DNA from: Phoronis australis | Taxonomy: Eukaryota > Animalia > Phoronida | DNA: 64,000 nucleotides | Reading direction: 5' to 3' | Assembly (NCBI GenBank): GCA_002633005.1 | Contig: NMRA01000017.1 | Span: forward strand, 1,236,706 to 1,300,705 | Shown here: positions 27,401 to 39,400 of the stretch, one piece after another | How positions within the stretch are numbered: position 1 is the stretch's first letter | Layout: each line of letters begins with the position of its first letter | Made by a program: the position numbers and the translations under genes | Notes under the pieces: model-generated | What the model saw: only the letters and a program-made list of their open reading frames with translations | The model's database searches: none | Told to the model about the DNA's origin: nothing

Positions 27401-30400
27401 TATAAGTTAAAGAAGCCAACAGTTGATTTTGGCCAGTCACAGCTTATTGTTCCTGACCTGTGGTCCCCTGGTGAGGTCATCCAACAGAAAGTGACCTTCA
27501 AGGTTCCCAAAGGAACGACTCGAGGGATACAAATGAGGACAGGTGTGTGTTGCTGCGGACCACTGTTAACTTTGTAATGCTTTCAAAGAAAACTGATTTT
27601 GACCAGTACTGAAATGGAGTTTTTATTACGATTTCTAAAACTGTTGATTTAAGATAAACAAAAAAAGGAAGTTGTCAGTCGGATTTTGATATCGCTCAAA
27701 TATTACTGTACTCTAGACAATGTTTTGATCAGCAGATTTTGATGAGTCTGCAGTGTTTTATTTTTTCATTACTAATTTATATTAACTTTGTGCTAGAAAG
27801 CTGTTTTGCTTTTTGTCACATTTACAGTCATGGTACCATCAGATAACAGATTAGTATACGTTCTTTATTAATTTTGCACATTTCACTGAGAATTTGTGTC
27901 TTACCAGATATCAACCTCTGAATGTAAGAGGAAAGACAGTCATAGTAGTTTAGACTGCACATGGACACTCACTTGTTAATCCATAGTTCAAGTGCTGTGT
28001 CTAGCTGATCATGAGCTTTGTAGTAACTATCTTCATTGCGCTCTGTCTGAATTTGAATACGTGAACAGGAGTGAATGTCATGTGACAGTTGAGAGATATA
28101 ATGGAAAGCAGCAATTAACATTGATTAAGCTAGTCTTGTTATAAATCTTATTTCTGTTTTTCAGTGGCGTCTGGCAACAGTGCTACTGTAGATAAGCTGA
28201 AATGGGTGTCAAGTTCTGTATCAGCCCCTGGGTACATCACGTTCTCTGACCCCAGTTTGGTTAATGTGGGCGAGTCAAACATTCAACGCATTGTCTCTAG
28301 CAGACGCAAACGAACTACATCACAGACTGTTTCGATGACAAGGGTTGTGGGTGATTTGGTTAACCCAGGTGTGGGCGGAGTCAGTGACACGCCAATCACT
28401 ATCACCGTGAGTTTGACTTGAGACTCTTCCATGCAAAATTTTCACTGTGTTTGAATAGTAGAGACTTTGTTTAAGGAACAGAAAAAATCACAGTTGCACT
28501 GTCATTAAATTTGCAAATGAAGATTTTATTTTAAATGTACTTTGTGACTAATTGTGCTAGTAAGTGATGATGCTTAAGTAATAAGTGATCGTTTTTGTCA
28601 CTCTCCCACATCTAAATTTGCATCTCTCTCACGAGAACACCGGATACCCTGTCCACTATGCTCTCAAGCATCACAACTATCCGGTCAGTAACGCACTTGA
28701 CTATATATTGTCGTGTATATGTTATACTTTGGGCCTGTGGCCAATATTTCAATCCAAAGATAATAATGACGGATGGTAATGGTAATGGACAAACATCATG
28801 TGTTTGTAAGAATTTATTACAGAGTTCATAGTTACAGTTACGACTTCATTCACTAGTCTTTCAAATTATATTTATTTCTTGACTTTTCATTGTAATATTT
28901 ACCATTAACTAAAAAATATTGGCCCAGTCATGACATAACGCCTGGCTTCATTGATTTGTAAATTTTCTTTTATTTCTATTCACATAGAACGACTATGTAT
29001 TAGACCCATCAGTAGCAGTAGCATCGAACGATGTCTTCCAACTGACTCAGAGCTCCCTGACTTTGAATGGACAAACTTCTACTGTTCTGTCCAACAATAT
29101 GACTACAAAAACAGGTGCTCCTGATCTGGAAATCACAAAGAATAGAAAAGTGAGTGTAGTTATGTTTTCATTTTCAGCCCTAGAATGTAGTGATGAATCA
29201 AAGGATGAACTTTCAGTTTCGTTTTTTTGTCAGAATAAATTGTTAGGCCTGGGATGGTGTCTGTAGCACAGTGCATAGATCTCCAGTGCATAAAATGGTT
29301 GGTACAAATGGTCTGATTCCTCTCTCAGGACGACTGAAAACATAAAAATGTAGATTGTGAGATAACTGTTCTGTCTGGAGAGATAATTGGTTGGAATTGT
29401 TTGAGTCAATGCTATCACACAACATGTTGAGCTCTTAATTTGAAATACACGTTGCAAGGTGATCAGTTGGTTACCTTGGTTCCATACTCTCTCAGTGTAT
29501 ACAACAGTAAACGTATTGTCCTATTCTGCAGTCGACGGAACTATGATCAAGAGTGGAAGAAGCCTGTTACATATTAATTATTATTTATAGAGTTGTTGGA
29601 AAACAATGCTTATATTATTTCCTTTGTTGTGAAAACTATGTAGTTGACACATTTCTGGAAACTCATTGTTGTTATATTTCTCCCGAAATTACTGAGCCGC
29701 AACATTGTGAGAAAAAACAATGAGTTTCCAGAATTGGTTTGATTACCAACTGAAGTACTGTACTTGGATGAAGGATATTATTCATGGGCATATTCTTTAT
29801 GAATAAATTCATTGCTTCTCAAATTCATTGCTTCTCCTAAGAAGTGCATTGTCTTAGAGTACCAGATCATCAAATCTTTTTCAAACCTTCCAGGTTTGGA
29901 ACAGCTCCCCTATACCACAGACGACCCACTTCACTGTGACAGTGAAACACACCAACATCTCGACAGCTCCTGCCTATGACGTAGACCTGGTTGACCTGAT
30001 TCCGTACCACAGCATTGACTATACTAATGAAGTGCTGCCAGTTGCTGAGGTCACACCAGGCTTTTCATTTAGCGAAGTGAACTCTGCCTTCCTGTGGAGA
30101 GTACAAAAACTAAATTGTAAGAGTCATTAATTGTACTTCAATATTTACTTTGAAAATACTGTTGCTGATTGGCTTGAAATTAACATGATGAGGAAACACA
30201 GATGTCAGGTCATCGGGAATGAAATGATTGTAAAAACCGCAAATCCTGTTCTTGTTGATTTTAGACATTGACCACATAGTTGGTTCCGGAATTGTTGCTA
30301 GTAGATGTTATAAAGTCAAGTGATTTCTAAGCTATGCAATAACTGGCAAAAAATAATGCACTGCTTTGATACCTACATTTATTTTGTGAAAGCAATAATG

Positions 30401-33400
30401 GGAGGTTGGTTCCTATCCCTAACACTTGGTATAGAAAGTGTAACATGAACCCACGTATTTTGCTATTCTAAAAAGAAAATGAGGTCACGTAGAATGTTTA
30501 ATCCACTTAAGTTTTTGGAAGTAGGGGTTGCTAGCTGTTACTGTCTGAAAAACTATTTTTTCCACACTTGATATCATGCTATGAACATTCCCACTAAGTA
30601 AGATTGGTCCTAACCCCAGTGGTTAAGGTAAACGGTGGGGTATGGAAAATTGAACTAGACCGTATTTATCCACCTTGGCTGAGTCGCGCTCGGCTCACGA
30701 TCAAAGGGATGCCGCCAAGCTACTCTAGTCATGGAGTCACGAGCGAGGATAATTGGCTTCGCTCATGCGGATATGATCAGCTGATTACAATCTAGCTTAA
30801 GAAATCTAATGTTAGTTTTACTTTTTCAGTAAATGAAACAATGGTACTAAGTTATGTGGCGGTGCCAAAGAATTCTGGTAAAGATTTGCCTGAGAACACC
30901 ACTAACTACTTGTCCCAATTGGTGTACTACAGTGCAGACATTGACACACCAGCAGTAAGTCATAGAATGAATGTGAACAATGATGTTGCCTTTGTCTTTG
31001 ACCTTGACCTTGTCCTTGGTTACTTTCATTTGAAACCCTATGTTTTGGATTTTTAGACAAAATTTATCAGACATACTTATTTGAAACGATTTTTTCTGGT
31101 GGACACCGGAAGATTATTTTCCGTAGTTTTTATAGTGATATGTAGAAAAGCAGTATGTGGTTATGCAATTATTAAATTGTTATGAATACTAATTTTTAGT
31201 GTAGAGGGTCAAGTGTCAATGTTTTAAATCTGTATGTGTGTGCTTACATAGCTTTTCATTACACACTCTGTGAGTATGACTTGCATCACATATGACACTT
31301 TCAGGCTGGATACAAGCCACTGAAGTATGGGCCAGACGTTGTGGGCTCCTGTCTAACGAGGAAGGATGTGACCAAAAGTAATGTAAGTGTAGTCATGGCA
31401 ATATATTGTGTTTTGCTTTTCATCAGTAAGCCTTATTCAGGAAAGAGATAATACGAACTGGAGATAGATCAAAGAGAGTTGTACAAAAATTGAAAATTCC
31501 CTGGTTGTTTCTGCCGATGTGATTTCTTTGGTGTTTTGAGCTACCCCTTTACTGGAAAGAAATTCATTTTACATGGAACTAACTTCCCAAAGTCAAAGAG
31601 ACATAGAAGAGCTTTTCTGGAGGAGAACTGTTACACATCATCACTTTCTAATACACTGACCAATTGGCTTTTGTCATCATTTTAATTTTTTCTTCCTTGG
31701 AGGAAGAGCTCGTTTGGGTTTGGGGTTGGCGGTTGGTGTTAGATACATGTTGAATGGATATTTTCACATTCGGAGCCGTTTTGCGATTTTGCTTTTCGGC
31801 ATTGACTCACAAACTATTGTTATTGTTATTGTTATGTATCGATAATGTACTAAGTTCTTGACTTTTTGTATTAGTAATATGTTTCCCCTTTTACTTAATA
31901 TGTTCATATTTCTTTATTTTCTTTATTCTATTCTTGATTTACTTTTTATTTGAGTGAACTATGCAAATAAGTTATTGTTGGCAGTACAACTGTATGCCAT
32001 GCTTCTGTTTCTAACTATAACATTTACCTTGCCATTTCAGGTGGTTTTTGATCATGGTTTCACGGCTCTCTCCTTCTTTGCGGCGGCCATTATAGCTATC
32101 CTTGTGGTGGTCCTGATCATGTGCCTCTATATGCGCTACACTGAAGGTTCATTCCTAAATCAAGTGAAACCGGCCTCACAGGTGAATCTGCGACATGTAA
32201 GTGATCATCGCATCCCAGTGAACAATATCTAGGAAACTGCAGTCTCGTTAATGTAAATTTGTTTCAGGATTTTTAGTGTTTTGTTTTAAAATAACTTAAG
32301 TTGTGGAATGAAAAGTATTTGACAGGAAAGCTATTAAGGGAAGCACCAAAACGGACGGTTTTGTTCGTGATCAATAAATTTTCTATAATTTCTGTCTTAG
32401 GCTTTATGTTGATTTTGTTTATATGACTCTTGAGTACTGGGTGCTAAGTAATAGGCGAATCAAGTGCCAGCTACTGAAGGAAGATAGTCCTGTTATTGAG
32501 CATCTGAATAGACATAACAGAAGGTAGTTACGAGCATGGGACTCAAATTGTTTTGTAATGGACAAAAAACAAAAATGTTTACTTACTGGTGTCACTTACA
32601 ACTATTTGGCTATAGGAAGCGTAAATTTGCCTGCTTCTTTATAGCGTAACCTGATTCTGGATGGTGGCGAGGCGGCCAAGAAAAAGGGATGGAATACTGT
32701 GAGAGACTTTGAGTGAGTGCGGTGTACATTTGGGTTATAGCTTAAATAATGGAATAAGTGCTGATACAAAATCTTGTCTTAGCATTGCCTTAAATCCCTA
32801 AAGTACGCAATTTCGATGTCAAAGCGCTCTTCCCTGGATGCATATTTGCGATTCCAATACAATGTTATCTCCTTCGTATTCTTTGTTAAAGCTGTCAATG
32901 GTAATAAGTTCAGATAAATCCTATATGTCTCTTCAGTGTCTCCCACTGAGCCATTCCTGGTAATTTTATTGTGCTTTCTGTCGGGTATATTTCATGTTGG
33001 AGTATTATCTTGGCAGGACCATATCCTGGTAATTTTATTTTACTGACTGTCAGGTATATTTCATCTTGGAGTATTATCTTGGCAGGACCATATCCTGGTA
33101 ATTTTATTGTACTGACTGTCATGTATATTTCATGTTGGAGTATTATCTTGGCAGGACCATATCCTGGTAATTTTATTGTACTGACTGTCAGGTATATTTC
33201 ATGTTGGAGTATTATCTTGGCAGGACCATATCGGTTGATGAAAGCATTGTCTGCATTCTGTCATCTAATGACAAAGTTCAAACTCAGAGAGACTTAGACA
33301 GGTAGGTTCATCACTGTGTGTCTAACTGTCACACAATCTGAGTCAGTTTTTCTTCACTTCTTTGTTTCTTTACTTGTTCCATGGCCTAGAGTATGGCTTT

Positions 33401-36400
33401 TGTAATTGAGTGATCCGATTATTGGTTAGTAATGTTATGTGGGTGTGTTGAATATTTTAAAATATAAAACTGATGTTAAAGGAGATGAAAATGCATGCTC
33501 CAACATAGAAAGCATTTAATTATGAATCCTTCACAGTTTCCTTATGGTGCGAGTTTTATTAACAACTTCGAAGGAAGCAAGACTGCTGGCCAGAAGCAAG
33601 CTTTCACTATAACTCTGATATGACTTTGTTTAGTGTTACCGACCTTTTGAAATCAGAAATCATGAGGTTCTAGTCATGCCTTCTTGCAAGACTGCTCAGC
33701 ACCTGTTATTGGAAGTGTGTCTGTAAGTCAAGATTGTGTTCTAGTAAAAGGACTTTTTGTTTGTTTTCAAACTGGGATAATTTAGGTGCACTAGATGTGT
33801 TTCCAAGAAAGGGTATCTTGCTAAAAAATCTGGGGAATTTGACACGTTTTCATTATTAAGGAAATGGCTAGAAATGGCCAGATATCACTTACATCCTGTA
33901 TAAATCCGGAATGTTGGCAATTACGTGTTGTACAGAGTGGCTTTACAGAAAGAAAATGCATACACCGCATGATTTTGCTGCTTCACTAGGTTAGACATCC
34001 TCAACACGATTAAAGTTGACACAGAGATTGAGAATGAGCGAAATCATGCTGCCGTTGATACCACAGCTGGTCTAGTCACGTGTCTCAGCCATAACAAGGA
34101 CATCACAGAGAAAGTGAAGGTTACGACTACGAATAAACTTCATGTCGACGTGAAGGCGATTGAGAAGAGACTCGAAGTTGAATTCAAGTTGATGTTAGAG
34201 GAAGTCTATAAAGGGCTGAGTTTCAAAAACAAGGTGTGTGGTTTGTTAGTGTCATTCTGACCGTCTGTATGCTGGTGTTCTGATTGTAGCATGACAAAAC
34301 CGTCATCAATCTTGGATGTATTGAGTTTCCAAGTAATAATTTGAAAACTGTTCTTCTCTAGTCACGATCTGTCTTTTGGTAATCAGAGCTATATCAAATG
34401 AATGATGAGTGTGTAATTGTCACATCAAGTGATTTACTAATATTATCAAGCTTGGCCCGAGTCTGCTAATTTGATTTCACAAATGACCTATGAGGACTCA
34501 TATGATAGTAAAGGGGGATAATATTGATTCTGAAATGGCTATTACATAGGTCAATAGCTAATTATGTTAAAGAGATGACAATCTAGTTTTGTTTTGAAAG
34601 TGTTATAATTTATCACTTTCAAAATTCCTAAACATGATGTACAGATACTTGAAATATATGCTTTAAATTGTTCTCTCATTTATTGTGCTCCTAACTGATC
34701 AGATTTGAAACAGTGTAGTCATTACTGATGTCTAATAGTGGGATTTTATTGTTTATAGGCAAGGCTGAAAGAACTGAATGACAAGCAAAATAAGGAAAAG
34801 CAAAATCTTAGAAATAAGACTGAAGGAATGTCTACAAAGGTGGGTGACCTTCGTATTTCACTAGACCTGCTGTCTTAAATCAAACATGATAGTTTGTGAC
34901 TAATCAGTCAAGACTGGAGAGGTCATCAGTAAGTGAGCAAAAAGACAAGTGAGTACAGACAGACATGCGCAAATACAATAAATGAAAGATGAAAATGGAA
35001 ATACTACGGGAGGAAGTGGAAATAAGATCAAGTTACTCATGTGCCCCACGATCCAGTTGAGACTGTTGTTTGGTGTAAAATTTTAAACTGAAATAAGGAA
35101 ATCTCATTGAAGACTCAAAAGCTAGTGATTTTATCTGTTTTAAACTGCTGGAGGGTAAACCTGCATTTTATACCTTATCCTAACTTTGAATAAACAGCTA
35201 GTAGTGTTTTTGACTAGCTTGGGTTGTGTTCTCTCCAACTGGTGAAACCACTTCATGTATACTACAGGTAGACTTTGATTTGTCTGTTAGATAGAACACA
35301 ATTCAAGCTGGTCAAAAACACTGCTAGTCATTTATTCAATACTTTTTCTAATGTCTAAAAGAAAATCTGCAATCGCCTTGTACTAATTGTTTTATCTTTA
35401 TGGTAGTTTGGTAATAATGATTCATGAGGTTTTGCTCGGTTGTGACTTCAGACGTGACTAATATACAGTAACATGACTTTTTTAATTCTGCACTATATTT
35501 TAAGGCTACTGAATTGACAGTGAAATTTGCAAGTTAATATTTGCAAAAACTTACTTTCCTCTACGTTTCCGTGTATTGACGTGTGTGAAACTTTTTTTCA
35601 GGAGAAAACTGAAATCACAAAGTTACTGAAGGAGCAGCACCAGACAGAGCAAGATGAGTTGACTTACTTGTTGAAACTGGAGCAAGATGAGGAGTCTGAA
35701 AAATTGCGCAGAGTAAGTGCATGCTATGGATCTTTATATTGATTCGGTAACGTGGCAGAGTGTACTGTATAAAAGTTAATGAACTACAAAATGCTTCAAT
35801 CCAATTTTTGCTTCTTGAAGGAACATTATCGGCAAGAAAAGTAATGTTTACTGAAATTAGCAGTAGCACGTAATCGAGTCTACTAATTGCACTGTAGCAG
35901 CGACATATTCTACTGCTGAGCCAAATCCCATGGGTTAAATAAATGAATGTTAAAGACACTGGCCATGATTTCAGAAAATGTCTGGCAAACAATGGTAGGA
36001 ACTGGCTATTTGTAATAAAGTCACAAAAACAGCGAATTTTGTTATTGTATAGCTCTGGTCAAAGCTAATATCTTCAAGAAGTATGTCCCAGCTACAGTAA
36101 TCGCAAAGCATTTTATGTCCTGTTCAACAATATTCCCAAGATTGTGTTTTTTGTTGCAAAAACTGTGTGAATGTCCCTCTAATATAAAATGTCTAGCAAT
36201 TGTTTAACTTAATAATTAATATAGCTGTAACATTTGCTTCTTTTTGTGTTACATTTGATCATTTTTATATTAAAGAAAATCACAATTTTGTATGTTCTAT
36301 TTGCAGGAGTTTGCCATCAAGAAAAGAACCCAGTTGCAGCAGGCACAGAAAGATTACCTTAACAGTGTTATAGAACAGGGCAAACTGGGTCAACAGCAAG

Positions 36401-39400
36401 CTGATTGGTTACTGAAGGAACACAGAAACAACCAATCGCGACTGGAAAAGATTTATGATGATGAAATATCTCGACAGCGAATGGTACTGGAAGAGAAGTT
36501 AGCCCGAAGAAAGCAGCTTGCAGCAGCAAATGTAAGTTTGACACTGAGGAAAATATGAAGATTAGGCTATATTTCAGTTAAAATCCCAACGATAAACTAA
36601 CTTATAGAATGTGTGTGTAATCTAAGTTTTAGGTTTCTCAATTTTGTTTGGGGTTAAAATTACCTTCAGTTGTGTGTGTGTTGTGTTGCAATAATCAAAA
36701 TGCATTTCACAAATGTTTGACTGTTTACTGTTCAAGTTAGTCTAGAAGTAACAATTTCATCAGTTATACTGAAATGTGTTGTTCAGTTAGTTTCAAGTAA
36801 TCCAGTCATGACTTTGTTGCAGGAAAGCCAAGAGGATGATGAAGGGGAGCTACTCAACACTTTGGCTGGACATCAGATTCAGATTGTTAACAAAATGAAA
36901 CAGTGAGTACACTGCCTCATCTAGATCTATCTGTTAAATTGTTTTAATCAAAGATGAATGAATTCTATTGGGGTGTACTGATTAATAATCTAAAGGGGTG
37001 TTTCTGGGACGCATTCCATATTCACAAGATGCTCGCGGGTAAAGGTAGTTTGATCACCTGCTTTGCTTGTAATGCATTTGATAACTGGTAAAGAATATTG
37101 TAATCTTCCTTTTCTCACAAGAAACGTGCTGTATGAACTGCAGCCCTGGTCTTTATTGTGGACATGAAAAAGTTAAGGCAAACAATGGTGGTGGTGGGCA
37201 AAATAATAGAAACCTCCACCAAATAAAATTAGTAGTATCTGTGACAAAGGCGGTGTTGTTTTTGTAGATTCTGCAATGGTATAATGATTTAATTGCATTC
37301 GTAACATGCCTTGACACTGTTCCTGAAATTGAAAGCTGATGATAATAGTAATTTGATACCAATTTACAGAATCTAAACTGCAAATTGTAAATATTGTTGC
37401 AAAACCATATAAAATGTCAGAATCTATGATAGAAAAGTAATTGTATTGCACTCCTGTACTGATCCATGTGGGCATTATCAATCAAAGACTGTCTAATCAC
37501 AGTAAGGCCTGCTATAATTCCAAATTTAGCCACTTACTAAGTGTAATCTTGAGTGATTTCCCAATTCTCTTAATTAGCCTATTTCGTGGTTTTATGCTTG
37601 GATCTTAAGTGTGCAGAAAATGCAGCTTTGAATATATGAGAGCCTTGTGTCTTTCACCGTGTTACTTTTGTACAGACGAAATGTTCTCGATCAAGAAGAG
37701 GCTGATGTTTACATCGAAAGAATCAAGCAAGAAATGCTGGAGGCAAAAGGTCGTCACGATGCAGAGAAGGCGCGACAAGCCATGGAGCTGCACAAACGGC
37801 TGAGTGAGAAGAAAAAGGCCCGACTGGAGGCTAAGAAGAAAGAACAGCAACAAGAACTGGATGAATTAATGACAAAGCAGCAGGAACAGCAGACGAGTCA
37901 AGTTGTGGGTGAGTGCATTAATTTGGCTAAGTGTATGATGGGATTGACAGTATATGACATGTACAAAAACATGCGTGCACACTCTTGAGGGCAGGTATAA
38001 GGGAAGACTAGAATTAAAGCTGCGAAGTGGGAAATGGAGCTCTGTCAGTACCCGTCGTAGTTCTGTTAAGTGATGATATTATTTAAAGCTTCAGTAATAC
38101 TTTGGAACACCTCGTTTCACGCGATGGCAGGTGTTTTGATTATTTTAAATTAATTTTGATTCTGTCAAAAAAAAAACTCGAGTTGTGCAATAAGGCAAAT
38201 TAACTCTTTCTACTCTTAAGCTGTGAAGGTTATTTTTTTTGGCATAATGAACTGCTTCATTCTTTTCGTTTTTAAGTCGTCCATTTTTGAACCGCAGATA
38301 CAGCACCCAATTGTGTTAAGTTCAACTTATTTGTAGCCACACATGTACTGCAGATAAGGGAGTCCAAGTAGAGTTGCATTGCTTTGTTTCTGGGGAAAAA
38401 GAACTTGTTTATAAGCATTACAGTCCATTTAACTGTTACATTTTCAGATCCAATCTCACTACTGGAGTCCAAGATGTGTGTGGTATCACAGCAAAGAAAT
38501 GAGCTGAGTCAACTGGAGAACGAGATTGACAAAGAGCACGCTGTGGAGTTGGAGAGACTGATCGACGACTTGACAGTGCAGACGAAGAAAGAGATTGAGC
38601 AGTCAGCTCAGAAACTTGTTGGACAACTCAAAAATGAAGGTAAAGTTGTTATCTTTATCAAGTAAGTCTTGAAAGGAGGCTGTGGTATTTTTCTGTGAGT
38701 GAACACTTAAACTCCACTGTCAGGGATTGTGGTGAAATGTTCAGAATTGGTTGGAAGGGGCTTAAAGATCAGCATCAGCTATAATTATATTGCTAAGCTT
38801 TGGAGTGAAAAATCGTAATCTTACTAAAAAGTAAAAAAAAACAATAGATGTGATAACTGTATGTTTGTTTAAACATGATAATAATATGTAATGTTGAGAG
38901 TAATGCATATGAACTGTAATACATTGGCAGTGGTCTGCACTTGCTGAATAGTTGAGTGTCGATGATTTGTTCAAATTACATTTTAGAAATGTGACATGAA
39001 TTGATGTCTTGCATAGAAGTAAATTATTTTTAGTCTATTTATTTATTTCTCTGCTGGTATATTTGCAAGACATTTAGGATATAGCTACATGCAATATAGC
39101 AAACCCAATATAGTGGGCTAACGCATACATTTAACTGGATTGCTGGACAAAACGTGTAATAGTTGTTTCCACACTCTAGTTGAATTGTACATAATTGTTA
39201 TTTGTTAAATGAAGAATATAAATCGGTAAATAAAACAACAAGAATGGATCAACNAATTTTTTACGCAAAAATGTATCATTTTCATTACACCATATCTTAT
39301 ATGTCAATTGTCATTTCGTGTTTGATTTTACTTTATTTCTGTTTTTGTTGATAAAGGAAGTTGTTACCTCCGAAAATTTCAAATTTCAGTTGATCCATTC

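Noticed and set aside
32910-33297. Repetitive ORFs on both strands and a possible CRISPR-like array
   Set aside because: The units are contiguous near-identical 69-mers with no unique spacers, there are no cas genes, and the context is a eukaryotic intron. The ORFs arise because 69 is divisible by 3.
33537-33612. Possible EVC2 exon after tcacag
   Set aside because: It runs into a stop with no good donor, and exon 33224-33301 already supplies the conserved sequence in the right phase.
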